Source: Lepidodermella squamata (Eukaryota > Animalia > Gastrotricha). Taken from it: a stretch of 64,000 nucleotides of DNA. Below, in pieces: positions 48,355 through 61,700 of this stretch. The notes below the pieces were generated by a model. The model was not told where the DNA came from. It saw nothing but the letters and a program-made list of their open reading frames with translations, and searched no databases. The position numbers and the translations under genes were made by a program. Within the stretch, counting starts at the first letter, position 1. The number at the start of each line of letters is the position of its first letter. The DNA lies in contig JBLDXI010000024.1 in assembly GCA_047495785.1 (NCBI GenBank), forward strand, positions 2,046,001 through 2,110,000, in the 5' to 3' direction.

Positions 48355-48912
48355 TTTATGTCAAAATAGGTCTTTAAGAAAAGAGTGAGAATAAGACGTA
48401 AGGAAACGCTACGTCATTCATATTTTAGATGGGTATAATTATTGATTTTCGATACAACACGTATACTCGAACTTCGAGTGCAACAATGACGCGCATTGGT
48501 GTCGCATTTACGCGCGACTGGAATCCTGCTGAAATTTGACGCCAATTAGGATTTGCTATAATTGGCTCTATTAATAGCCACAAAGTCGCATGACGCATCA
48601 AGGTTACCAGGTACATGACAGGTTTTGTCAAATCGCCAAGTTTATTCTTTTAAACTGTCCCTGCATCACTTTAAAATCAACTTAAATCCACACTTGAATT
48701 CCCGACTCGACACGCCCCCTTGTTATTCATAGTATTCAGATCGCTGCGACTAAGTTATAAAATGTTTACCCACGTGGCTTCAGTCGGAAGCTATACAAAA
48801 TTTGTCTGAATTGATTACTAGAAGGGTGATATAAAGCATGAGGGTTGCGCGGCTCGGCAAACATTTTCAAGTTTTTTCAATAAAACTTCAGTTTCTTAAT
48901 CTAATAGGGCCA

Positions 48913-49274
48913 ATGGCATTCCTTGTCGTTTTGTCGCTACTCGCTACAACACTTGTCTTCGAATCTTGCGTCGGCAGTCCGACATCTCCGCTAAATCAAG
49001 CAGGTGAGTTAATCACTTTTGATTAGGATTAAATTGAGGTTTTTTGATTGTTTCAGAAGCTCAGTTGTGGAATGCAATCAGGCAGCGGGACTTTAAGTCT
49101 ATCGGCTCGCTAGTGCGAAGCATGGAACGTGGGAGTTTGCAGGCCAGATTCGAGAAATGCATTGAAATTTTCAAGTCGCCTCGGATTTGCGACGGCAACA
49201 CGACGTTTTACATGTGGGCGCAGAAGCTAGCCCGGAATATAGTTCATGGACAATCTGCTATTGCTAGCCAGTAG
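48913..49274 (+). CDS. Small secreted C-x9-C protein, paralog 1 (102 aa, 2 exons)
   Basis: Exons 48913-49003 and 49057-49274, phase-1 intron GTGAGT...TTTCAG. Signal peptide; RFEKCIEIFKSPRICDGNTTFYMWAQKLAR. Confidence 0.85.
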
Positions 49275-50713
49275 ATCAATTCATTTCAATTCCTGAACTA
49301 CTTACTTATATCTGTATATCAATCATGAAAAGACAAATCAGCTTAGACAAAACGTCATGTCATTTTTTCAATTTTTTGGCAATGAAATAGCTATGTCGCT
49401 TTTAAAATCATCTTTCATCATTCATCGGTTGAGTTGTCTTCCGGACGTGGACAATTTTTGTATGCTATAAAAGGCTTCAATCCAATTAGTCGGCATTTGC
49501 TAAGAATCTAGCCGACATCATAAAAATGGACAAAACTATAAGACAATAATCAGCTTACAGATTCGGCCATTATTAATCATGGTTTACCTTAATTCGGATC
49601 CAAAGGTGAGGATAACTACCGCAAAGCGGCGATTTCGTGATAAAGCTGCTTACAGGTCACCTGTCCAATTTTCCAATCCGCCGAATAATTGTAATGTAGG
49701 CGGCTTGTATTATTATGATAATCACGAATTCAGGCACATGTTTACTACAGATAATAATCAGTTCATCTATTATTAAACACGCTTAGGCCCCTACGCAATG
49801 CGTGACAAGGGGTACGATGCACCTCTTCAACCATCCAGGTGGTCATTTCCGAAATCAATGCTTAAATTAAATAAAAATGCCGGCACCATATTTTTTAATA
49901 TTTTACCAGAGAATAAATCGAGGCATTTGATTTTAAAATTTGAACAATTGTTTTTTTTCAAATCCTGGTGGTCGAATTTGTTCGAAAACAGTGATTTTCG
50001 ATAATCGATAAGTAGTGATCGATTTCTTTAATTTTACCGATATTTTAAACAAGGTCCCGACTCATTTTGTCCTACCATTTCTATTTTAAACCCACATTAC
50101 ATGAGATGTTTGGGTTATACTATAAAATTCCATACGTAGAGATCAGATTAGCCCGAAAGGAAACTGCTGCAGACATAATTCAGTACAAATTTATTTCACA
50201 TTTATTTCATTAAGGAGGAATTTTAATAATATTTGCTGCTAATTTGATCTCTATGAGTCCGTAATGGATAAACATTCCTTTCTCAGGTCATTTTTGATAG
50301 ATTTTAAATTTGTGGGGGCTTTTAATAGCAACAAAGGATTGATTGAATTTGGAAACACTTACATCGAATTAAGTCAATTTCAAGTTCAATTTTTTCAACT
50401 TGAACGAGAATGCAGTTCATACTATCAACACGTGACAAAGTGGCAAGGGCACAAAAATCTCTGCACAAATATCTGTGTGATTTTTCTGTCTGACTTAATG
50501 TTTACAGTCCATTGCTTCGCATGGCGGAGCACATCAAAACGTTTTTTCGTGCCGACAAATCGAATTAGCGAGCAATTACACCCGTCGACTTACTGTTGTT
50601 TTGTAGTTCTAAAATAGATCTGTCATTTAATTAGAGGCTGGCATTCATCTCGACCGCATCGACTCGTTCTATAGTTTGTTATATCCGTTTAACCATAAGA
50701 AGCTGAAACAATA

Positions 50714-51319
50714 ATGATTTTCGATAAAAACCTTCAAATTTTATCGTTTTCTACTATGCTATGGTTTGCTGGTGGGGCAATAAGCCAGCCTGTTGAAGAC
50801 GTGTCTATCGCCTCTTCAGCAGCACTCAACGCGGGCTCGAAGCCAAACTCGGCGGTGATTAGCGATGAGAAGAAACTGCGGAATTATCACGCGGTACTTG
50901 CAGCTCTTAAAATTGCACGTGAGTTTGTTTAAAATTAGCACGAAAAAAACTCCCACTTGATTAATAACTTGAATTTCAGAAATTTCTATCATGCGAAATA
51001 TCCGACGGGGTGATCTCCTGGCGGCGGAGAAGACCCTTCAAGCGGCGACGAAGCTGATAGAAACTTTGAAATTGAAGGCCTGCATCCAGAAATATCACTC
51101 TTTCGCGATATGCACGCAAACCGCGCAATTTTACATATGGGGTAAGCAGCTTTATTAAATTATTATTAGAATTTTTAAATTTCCATGAAAATTGAACATG
51201 CGTGTGAACATTTTTTTAAAGTTTTATTTATATTATTTCCCATTTTTTTATTAGCTCAATTGCTGGCTCGAGAAGACATGGAGCAGCTGGAAAATGCGCT
51301 ACAAGTGGAAAGGCGATAG
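50714..51319 (+). CDS. Small secreted C-x9-C protein, paralog 2 (143 aa, 3 exons)
   Basis: Exons 50714-50918, 50980-51141, 51255-51319. KLKACIQKYHSFAICTQTAQFYIWAQLLAR. AATAAA at about 51367. Confidence 0.85.
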
Positions 51320-52080
51320 ATAAATTTTGACAAATATTTTTTCTTAATCGCATGAATTTCGAAGGAAATAAAATAGGTACACGATGAGAAAAATGTCACG
51401 AAAATTCAGTAACATCGATTTAGCTTACAGAAAATTCCATAACTACAATTATTAAATGTTACTTCCACTTCTCGTTATATTCTCAGAAAAACAATAGTAT
51501 TGGTTTTTTATCGGCAGGCGATATGTAGCAATATTTATAGCATTGATCGACAAGAACGAGATTCGGTTCACTCCTTAATTAGCGTAGTCTAATTGCGTAT
51601 ATGTAAACAAGACATGACAGTGAGCCTGGTGTCATCTATTTTAAATTTAATATCTGACGCTATTTTTATACTTCTAGCTTAAAATAGCAGTAGAGGGACA
51701 GTGACACGGCCTATTAGTCACGAAATCTAAGGTGAGATTGATAGGGATTCAAAACGGTCCCAGTACTTTTATCAAAAAGAAAATAGTTCAAGAAAAAAAT
51801 TACTTGAAAAATCGAAAATTACCGTATGGTGGGGACATTGAGATTGAAATTTAGTTTTAATTAAAAAATCGATGATTTTTTTGTACAAAGGTGTGTAACG
51901 TGATTACCGATCTTGGTGATTCGTTATCGACTTTTCAGCTGATTTTTGACGATAAAAAATATGTATGATGTATGATTACATTTGGAATATAATCAGCGGG
52001 TAATTCTGGAAGCTCATCTTCTGCATGTATGCGGTATAACATAACTGATTTTCACGTTTTATTGACCCTTATTCCACGTC

Positions 52081-52518
52081 GCTGAGTTCAACGGACCATT
52101 TCTTGGCGGACCACACTAATCACCCCTTATATCCTAATCATGGATACCATCGAAGTGTGCCACTTGAGTGCCAAGTGCGGCAAGGTGTGGCGCATCTAAT
52201 GAGATCAATTATGATGCCAAAATGATGCCAAAATGGCATTCCATCTTAATAGGGGGTTGCTTTAAACAGAGCGGTCCGCTAAACCAGGGTCCGCTGAGTT
52301 CCAAAAACCCTGGCTTTCTTGAACTCGGCGGACCCAATTTAGCGGACCGAATCAAGTTGTTGGATGTTATTGCAACCGCATGAGTGAGGCTAATTAGCTC
52401 AGGTGTGCATAGTAGGTCATTGGATGGCACTTTTCAGGAGGAATCGGCTAATCCTATGGCACACCTCCAATCTAGTCCGAAACACTGGTCCGCTAAAATT
52501 TGGTCCGTTGAACTCAGC
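52081..52518. mobile_element. MITE, possibly Harbinger-like
   Basis: TIRs GCTGAGTTCAACGGACCA and TGGTCCGTTGAACTCAGC; internal GCGGACC/GGTCCGC repeats. Confidence 0.8.
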
Positions 52519-53709
52519 CTTATTCCTAATTTCGGAAAAAAATGTAAAATTTTAAATTTAAACTAAATTTAAAAACGAAGAAATCGAGTCATTTCCATAC
52601 TTTTATGAAAAGTACAAAATGAGCCGATTTTCACCTCAACTTCAAATGCTCAGCATTTGACAAATCGACAAATCGATAAGTTGCCTTGCTTGTTATATTT
52701 GCCCAAAATCAGGCTTTGCATCAATCGCCTTGGAATCTGCGCCATTCGTAAACTCAAAAGAGGGGAAATTTTTGAAATTCAAAGGTGACCAAATCCTAAA
52801 GTCTCGGTAAATTACATGTTGCGAACTTTTTTTGGGTTTTTACTAATTATTATCGAATTGTACGAATCAAATGAAAAGCTCAACTCCAACGAATTAAACG
52901 GCAATGTCAAGGAAGCAGCTATTTTGAAACTACATATCTGTCCCTCGGTTCATGGGACATTTTTTTCTGTTTAGTAATATCTGCCAAATGCCTTGACGTC
53001 ACCATTCAGCGTAAAAATGAGCGGTGATGTGTTGCTGCGGAGTAGTGTAACCCGACCATAATAACGCAATTAGCGACTCTCCTAAAATACCGCGACCGTT
53101 CCACGTTGTTTTCGCAATAATTTAATAACAAAAAATGATAACGACCCTGGCAAAATATCTCAGCCGTTCCAAATTCTTACAGTGACGCAGGGTCGTAAAT
53201 TTTTTTTTTCTTCAAAATCAGCATCAATTTCTTTATTTCTGTAATTACCGCCCAGATTCCAGATCATGCGGTAGAAATTACGTCATTTGCCTCGATCTTC
53301 AGCCTAGAAATATCCCATTTGATACGCGCGCGATCTCCATTGAAGGGTGTGTGTGTGTGCGCGAGAGGCCACGCGGATTTGCGCGAAGTTGCGCAAGGTT
53401 TTCACACTTGTGCGATAACGTCAGAGAGCAGCAGCGGGTTTGTATACAGCACGCATGTCATGGCTTCTTACTCGTGAGGATTTTGCGAAAGTGCGATTGC
53501 GCACTGTGTCCCGCTTGATTGGATTTTTATCTAAATTGCGCATATGCATCACTTGAATATATTCGCTTTGTTTGTCATCATCTGACTCGCCTGTCAGATA
53601 AATAAATAGCGGCCCCCATCGGCACATTTTCAAGCACTGACCTTTTTTGTTTATTATAATTTTATATAGACACATTTTTTTGCAAATATTATATCTCTGC
53701 TGAGAAATA

Positions 53710-54160
53710 ATGGGACGATGCGCTTGCCTTCTACTGTTGACCCTCGTCGCATTGGACTCCGTGCTGGCCGCTGATGAGTTGCACCGAGCGAGTAAGGACG
53801 AACGCTTGAAACAGCTTCGTAAGTTTTTAAAAAATTCCTCCTTAATATTTTAAATTAATTTTTCAATTCAGAGGGTCAAATACATGACATGGTCCAGCGT
53901 AGAGATTTCGAGGCGTTGGCTGTTTTGATTCGCCGCCTTCGCGACTACAACAATCGAGCGAGACTAGAAAAATGCATGGCTGTATTCAATTCTTTCAGCA
54001 TTTGCACTCAGACAACTTCATTTTATTTATGGGGTAAGCTAAATTTTATTATTGTTTTTTACGTTTTTTTATCGTTTTTGTTCATTCAGCCCAAATGTTG
54101 GCAAAAGAACTGATGGAAAAGGACAAACCTAATACACGAAAGCGGAGCTTCCTAATGTGA
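53710..54160 (+). CDS. Small secreted C-x9-C protein, paralog 3 (113 aa, 3 exons)
   Basis: Exons 53710-53818, 53872-54033, 54090-54160. Signal peptide; RLEKCMAVFNSFSICTQTTSFYLWAQMLAK. Confidence 0.85.
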
Positions 54161-54766
54161 AATAAGCAATCTGCGTTTTGTTTGTTTAACTTTTGATATA
54201 CAACCTTTATTCGACAAAATTGCTGGGCAATGTATTATATGACATGCGGTATAAATAATTTAATGTCGATATTGTGACCTGATGATGCTAATAGTTCAAA
54301 AGAAAATAAATTCAATGATTGTAAGCCGAGAAAGAAATCGTGAGGTAACGAAAAGCTTGTCTTCGCAGGTTGAAAAATTGATTAAAAAATTCGGAAAAAT
54401 TTGCCAAAGCTGGGCAATAAGATATTTAATTTTCCTGCAAATTTGTTAGAATTTTAGAATTTTACATGATTTTTGGCGAATTTAATACGCTTTCGCCTAA
54501 TCTTGCGCAATTAATAGTAGAATTATGGGCGTAGTGGGTAATTCTAGGCGCTCATTTGCATATGCGCATGACCTCATTAATATTCGTCATACAAAGTTGC
54601 CTCGAATTTTGAAAAAAAAATTAAACAAATTCTGCTCTTGACATTTTTCATAAATTGGTTAAGCTGAGAGCTGTAAGCCCTGTTCATTTCACTAAATCAG
54701 AAAATCCGTAAAAACACAAATTATTTAGCATTTATTGGAAATTTTTCAATCATTATTTGAGCTAAA

Positions 54767-56028
54767 TTATCGAGTTGTTGCTATTGGATTAGCAAGCGTC
54801 AACGATTTCAAGGCGTTATGTTGGGGCCCTGAGCCTTTCTTCGCTAGAGGCTCATGTCCCGAGCTCTTTTTCGAAAGAGGCTCGTGGCCTGAACCTTTTT
54901 TCGAAAGAGGCTCGTGGCTTGGCGGTTCCAAGCTGATTTGAGGAGGAGGATTCGGGACCGCTTCAGATTTCTGCGGCTTCACAGGCGCAATCGACATTTT
55001 CCGACCCGTTGTGTTATCCGTGTTCGCCGGAACTTCGGCCTTACTCATAACCCTCTCCCTAGCTGTCGGAGGGTTGGAAGACGGAACACTATTGGACACC
55101 TCAGATTTACTTGCCCTTCTGCCCTTACTATCAGGCGGCGCTAGGTTGTTGTTATTCGATGGCGCAGGCGTGGCATTTCTGCTGTTTTCAATCATCCAGG
55201 CAAGATAAGCCTTATCATCATGCGGCACAGGATCGTCGTCAATGTCTTCATCCGACATTATCATGGTGATTTCTTTCAATAAATCAGCATCACTTAGTGA
55301 AGAAATGGTCGAGATACCCGAAGCTGGCCTCGATTGATCTCCACTTTGGCTATTCAAATCGTCAGAAGAAACCGCAGAGATTTTAGACTTTGAACTGCTC
55401 TTCTTAGCGGATTTCATTAAAGCCTGCCGCCTATCAGCTAGTAATTTCTCTTGACGCAAACGCCGTCTCTCCAATGTCTCCACCTCATTTCTATAGCGGG
55501 AGAAGGAAAAATTTGAATAAAAAATTAAATTAAATCAATACTTACTGCTTTAAAAATTCCACGCAAGGCTTTTGCCCGTAAGCCCGAGCTCGATCTATTG
55601 GCCGATCGCCAAAATCATCAGTCCGGGTAACGCTGACTTTAGATTTCGCAAATAATCTTTTTCGGAAAGAAACAGGTTAAAGAATTACGAAGAACGGAAG
55701 TAATTTTACTTGAGGATTAGGACTTTCCCGGTCTCTGCCGCTATGTGAGCCGGCGTTGCCCCGTAAGCACTCCGCGCAGTTCCATTGGCGCCGAAATCCA
55801 ATAATTGCTTCGCGCATTCGACATAACCTTTGAACCGTGAATATTGACCCAAGGTCACGGCTATAAATTAGGCTTACCTTTTTGAGCTGCCCAGTGAAGC
55901 GCGGTTTTATAACCCCATTCTATGTCCTTCTCGTTGATGTTAAACGACCCGGAGTCGAGTAAGGTCTGAAGTTGTTCCGTGTCATTGCAGCATACAGCTG
56001 CGTGTAATTCGAGGCTACTTTCTGCCAT
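54767..56028 (-). CDS. ANKRD66: Ankyrin-repeat protein, ANKRD66-like, with long low-complexity C-terminus
   Basis: Spliced N-terminus MAESSLELHAAV...EKDIEWGYKTALHWAAQK/GYVEC...TPAHIAAETG...DDFGDRP...YGQKPCVEFL follows the ANKRD66 pattern. Last exon about 54767-55492. Confidence 0.75.
54826..54917 (-). repeat. In-frame 30-bp tandem repeat, 3 copies
   Basis: HEPLSKKGSG HEPLSKKSSG HEPLAKKGSG. Confidence 0.85.
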
Positions 56029-56112
56029 TTTTCACCCCCCATATGCAAGTCGATAATATTATATTTGTAGTAAAACTAAATTGCGGCGCGGCGATCAATG
56101 GCGCGTGAAAAC

Positions 56113-56125
56113 GTTGCTTAGCAAC
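56113..56125. promoter_or_regulatory. RFX X-box
   Basis: Palindrome GTTGCT-T-AGCAAC about 85 bp upstream of the ANKRD66-like ATG. Confidence 0.65.
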
Positions 56126-56937
56126 GCGTCACAGGTGAGAAATATTATAGGTGACGTAGGAGTCGAGGGCGCGCGCTATTAATGGGAATTAGTTCGATCG
56201 ACGCGCGGGATTGAAATAATAAAGCAAATAAAGAAAATCGTTGACGATCGGAAATTTCAGAAGCGACCTAAAATAAATGAAGTGTTTATCGAGGAAATAA
56301 TTCGATCCTGGGATATAGAAGAGGTGCTGCTCTAATCAACTGTTTTATTGAGTCCTTTTGTGGTAGACTTTTTTTTATAGTACTCCGCATGTTAGTCTAG
56401 GCCATTTCTAATCAAATTAGCTCTGATCAGATGCCGCCGCGCCAAGGAGCGCGTGTCTCTAGCGGGTTGATATGATGCGTGTCAAAGTGAGTGAATTTTT
56501 ATCGGACATTGCGTGAAATATTTTCATCCAAATATTATACTCAAACTATATGTCTCTGGTCCGCACTCGCTAAAAGCAACAAATATAGCAGTTTAATCTC
56601 AGATCTCCTAGTTTCAAAAAAGTGTGAAAATTTAGCATGCTCTACATATTTTTAACGTCTGCGAAAATAAAACATTTCCTGTCCCATTAAAATAAATGAA
56701 TTAAACAGTTTTACGAAAAAATTGATTTTTGTTGCGCGCTTTTTTTACGCCCATAATTTCGATATATTATCGCACTCATTACAGTCTTTTTTCCGCAAGG
56801 TGATCAAGCATGAAATTAATATGAGTCTAATAAAAAGTACGCTTCCGTTTTCTGTAAAAAAAAAGAGACGTGAGCAAAATTCAATTACAAATTACACAGT
56901 AATTTTTTAGAAAATTTAATATAAAATTTTAGCAAAA

Positions 56938-58599
56938 ATGACGAATCACGATGATAATAATAGTAACAAGGATGAGCTGACGGCGCTATATGCGACTACG
57001 GCGTCGAGCCCTAGCCGCAAAAGCTCGCCATCATCGCCGTACAAATCTACAAGTTTTCTTCTCGACGAACCGATAGGCGAAGAAAGCCCTATGAGCGGCA
57101 GGCGGCAGAAATCACCCAGCCGGCGATCGCACAGGTCATCGCGCCACAATTCGGTCACGACGCAGGAATCGGGCGCAGCAGGGTTAATAACGCCGACTAA
57201 TAACAGCAGCAGCCGGCGGCTGAGTCACAAAAATCCGAGGCGGGCGTCGTTCAACGTTGCGGATCAAGTGCCGCCGAGGCGGAGATCGAGCCATAAACAC
57301 GGCAGTACTAGCACGATGACTAGGCCGCAAAGTTTGACGAGTACAACGTCGGTTGATAGCAGGGTGACTAAACCGATTCTACGCCCGGCGCGGTTGCTAG
57401 TCGACGACGATGACGACCAACCGCCGCCGGCTGAACTCCTCAACCCTGGCGATGTCATCAAGGTCGATCCTAGTCAAATCAAGCGAACCTCGTCACGTGA
57501 CATTCGCGCTTCATTATCAGCCTCGCCGAGTAAGAAAGTCGATCTGGAGAACGGCGATCGGGCTGTGTCGCCTATCAAGCCGAATCGATTGGTGCTGAAA
57601 GAGGTCAATGAAATTCGGCCAACATCTCGTCGAGCCTCTTCAAAACGGGTTTCAATCAATTTGGATCGAAAAACCAGCGCGTCCCTCGAACCGCCGCCCC
57701 TACCTCCTCCGCCTATCCCAATAACAGATGAGTCGACTGATAAAAATTTGATGGCTAATAACAACAGCAACCAAATGACAGCAGTTGCGTTTACGTCGCC
57801 TCAGGGTCGTCGCCATATGATAATTCCGACTAAATCCGGGCGGTGTTATTCGTTGAAGTCTTACGACCCAGCTCCGTTAACTGACGCTGCGGTTATGTTG
57901 GTGAATTTAGATCACGCGGTCAATGGCCAGCCGTTTGTGCCGCCTAGGTCGATATTGACAAGTGAGGAGAAGCATGTTCAGTTTATAGGCAGTGCGGAGT
58001 TCCCGAAATTGAAGGAGGGTCCGATGTTTGAAATGGCGATGACACGGCGATTTCGAATGGCTGCTATTGTCATGTCGGTGTTCTCGCAATGCCTTACCTG
58101 TCTCATTTGCTTTTCAGGTAATTTTCTCAAAGATTTTTCCATAAATTGCGTTTAACAGCCAAAATTTTTTTCTATTTTTTTTTTAATTATTGCTATTTGA
58201 AATTTTAATTTTTTTTTAATTTTTCTATTTTTTAAATTATTGCTATTGGTATTTGAAATTAAAAATTTCAATTTCAAAAATTTTCAAATTTCGAATTAAA
58301 TTGTCTAGGAATTATTAAAATAATTTTATTACGCAACAATTTTTTTTATTTTAGTCCCCGCATTTTTACTCGCTTTCCGCCAGCCTCAGAGCCCAACCGA
58401 CCGGCGACACTATCAAATATCGCTGCTCTTCAGTGCTCTCTCACTGGCTCTCGCCACGCTCGTTGTCTGTGTCTTCATCTACGTCTACGTGAATACAGTA
58501 ACTCATGACCAAAAGACAATCGAATCTAGCCGAACTCATAGCCATTTCGGCGCGCCTGGAACCGGCAATTATCACTCACCTATGAACACACCGTTATAA
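56938..58599 (+). CDS. Membrane protein with Ser/Arg/Pro-rich N-terminus and two C-terminal hydrophobic segments (CD225/dispanin-like topology)
   Basis: Exons 56938-58117 and 58355-58599 join in phase 1: AAIVMSVFSQCLTCLICFS/VPAFLLAF...ISLLFSALSLALATLVVCVFIYVYV. Confidence 0.7.
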
Positions 58600-58771
58600 T
58601 TACCCCATTTCATTTGACTGTTTTTTCTACAAGTGCGAAGTAATTATGCGCATAATGCAACGCGCAATCAAATAAAACCTGGTAATTTTGTGCAAAAAAA
58701 TATTTTATTTTATTTTATAGCCGTCGGTTAATACTCGAATTTTTAATTCGATGAAAGAAAAACACTGTTCC

Positions 58772-61700
58772 TCAGCTATTTTTCCGACTCGCCACCAAGT
58801 CGTCGGTCAATTCTTGTCGAACAATTTTCCGCCGCAGCTTTTCCCGCGTCAAATTGACCGGTTCGTCGGGTATGAATACTGCGACAAGGGCCCGTAAAGC
58901 TATAGCAGCGTGCTCGAAGATGATGAAAATCCAAAATTTCCACCACGTATCAAACTGCGAGCCCCACGTTGAAGTTAACACGACGATGAGAGGGTTCGTT
59001 ATTATGCCGAGATAGGTCATGAAATTAACAACGCCGTTCCACATACCGATTCCATCGGAGCGTTCAGGAACGGGTCGCTTATAGCGCATTACACTAATAA
59101 AAATAAAAAATAGAGTAAAATTGATAAAATTTTGAAAATCATTATTTTTAAGGTGGATTTTTCATAATTTTATCAAAAATTGTTGACAAAATTTCCTTAC
59201 ATTCTGCGAATATCCAATGTCAAATCAACCCTGACAAATAGGATAGACAATGCTGTAGCCGGGGGCAGCGCGACACTGAACATGAGTAGAGCACCGAATA
59301 GTATGACCCTCTCTGTGAATTCATCAGCCGTAAATTGATTTTGACCCAGAGCAGATAAATGCAGAAGCCTATTTTGCTCTTCAAGCTCAGCGGCCATCAC
59401 ATCAGCTGGCGATGCTTTTTTGTGCCCAGCCTCGACGTTGTCGTCATCTGAATCGTCGTCATCACCGCCTCGCATCGATTTCAACCCGACTTTATTGGTG
59501 ATTTTCTTCTTCACAGCTTGGTAGATAGCGTTCACTGATGGCATGAATAGACCGGCGATGATTCCGAAAATTGGTTGGGTGATTAGGAGGCCGAGTAGCA
59601 TTTTCGTGAGCTTGATCATACACGGCTGCTCGCCACAGCTGTTGGCATCGCCTATTTCACCGCGGTATTCCTTCCCACCAGGTATAAATTGAGATAAAAA
59701 TCTGAAAAATAAAGGCCAAAATAAGCTGGAGAGAATCAATTTTATTCAATTTTTTTTAAATTTTTCTAGAAATTTTAGAATTTTTTCCGAATTTGGGAAA
59801 AATGTTTAGGAAATTAAAGAACTTTTGTAGAAATTATAGAAATTTTTGCGATTTTATCAACTCTGAAAGATGATTGCTTACTTGAGACTCAGAATATTGC
59901 CTCCAAATGCCGTGAAAAATAACACCGAGTAGTAGTTAAAAAATCGAAAGATGAACAGCTATAAATGAAAGGAAAAAATTAAACAAAAAATAATTATTTT
60001 CCGAAAAAATTACTTTTAAAATCAAGGCATTCGTATATCGACTCGGCGTTGCATGTCCCTCCCAATCAGTTAATTTGTAAGCCGCCTGCGTGTAGACTAC
60101 GTCCAGGAGAAATATCGAGATCGAATTAGCGAGAACCTGGGCCATTCCGAACAGCTGGCAAATCAACATTTTCAACACGTAGTCCTGATCGAACGCGTTG
60201 GTAGAGGACGCCCCGTAGCCGGTTCTGTAAAACGGGTTCAGTTGACTGTTCACCTTGCCAAACGCGGCCGAATAAACCTGGTTGTAAATTGCGGACGTGT
60301 TAATCTTGACGGTTGATTTCGCCGAGGTCGTTATAGTTCGAAGAGCTGCGCCCAGCCCAGTAGCAATCCCGCTTGGATTGCTGTTGGTTATGTAAGGTGG
60401 TACCGGTGTTGTAGTAGTAGTGGTACCACTACTGGAGCCCGTTCCAGTCGGGCAGTAATCGAATGAAAAATAATTGATGACATTAATGGCGTAGACTGAT
60501 AGCAGGACAAGGCCGATGAAGATTAGGGTGACTAAAGCTGACAGGATGATAAAAAACGCCCGGCGGGTAGTTGAAGTCGCAGGTGGGGGTTCGTCCTCGT
60601 CCGGGGCGGATGATCTCGCGCCCTTCACGTGTTCCAGCTCGTCGACGTCGAGATCTTCGACATTCCATAGGAAACGGTACCAAGACTCGCGACGGATCCA
60701 AAATTCCCGAAAGCCAGTCCCCCATAAAATCATTAATATCGCGTAACCTGGTGTCGCGTAGTTGTCACACGTTTTAACCAGGACGTATTCCATAAAATCA
60801 GCTATCGAGTCTTTATTGCCCTTGAAATCGCCGTAATTCTGGTTGTAGTAAACGTCGACTGAGTAGTAAATAGCCAGGGCGATGAAAAGACCCGCGCCAA
60901 CTACGGCCGGTATCAACATGGTCATAACTAGCAGCTCGGCCCAGGCGAAATAGAAGCCGATCCGCTCGCCGCAATAATCGGCGACCATGTGAACGGGAAT
61001 TATGTGCCACAAATCGGCGCCACCTTTCCGTTTCCGCCTCTCCTTTGGGAAAGAATGCTTGAGGATCGCCGTTTTCATCGTGCAGTAGCGAATGAAAAAT
61101 TCTCGGATGGCTGGAATAGCAATTTAAAAAATGAATTAAAAAATCTGAAAATTTGAAAATAATTAAAATTTAAAATTTGATTTAAAATTCAAATTTCAAA
61201 AAAATTCCTTTTTTCAATATTTTTCAATTTTCAAAAATTTTCAAAAAAGATTAATTTCAATTTTTCAATATCTCTTAATTTTCAATTTTAATTTCAATAT
61301 TTTTCATTTTTCCCAATTTCAATTTCAATTTCAATTTCAATTTTAATGTTTTCAATTTTTAATTTTTAACTTCAATTTCAATAATTTCAATTTCAGCAAT
61401 TTCCAAATTTAATTCAATTTTCTTAAAAACTTTCTTTTTAAAGCTCACATTCATTTTCCTGCAATTCAGGCGCCGTGCTGACACCCTCTTCGCCCGTAGT
61501 CGATACGCAGCTTTCTATGCAGGGCGCGCAGCCGACGCAATACTTAGCACACCGTGATTTTTTAGGCCTGTAGCGAATCGGAGAATGCGGAATAAGCCAG
61601 TCGTCGAAGATTTTATCACCGAGCACCGACAAGACATTGTATTGCTTCATCTGCGGCTGAAGCTCCGGACAACAGCAACAACTACTGGTCGCTCGTTGCT

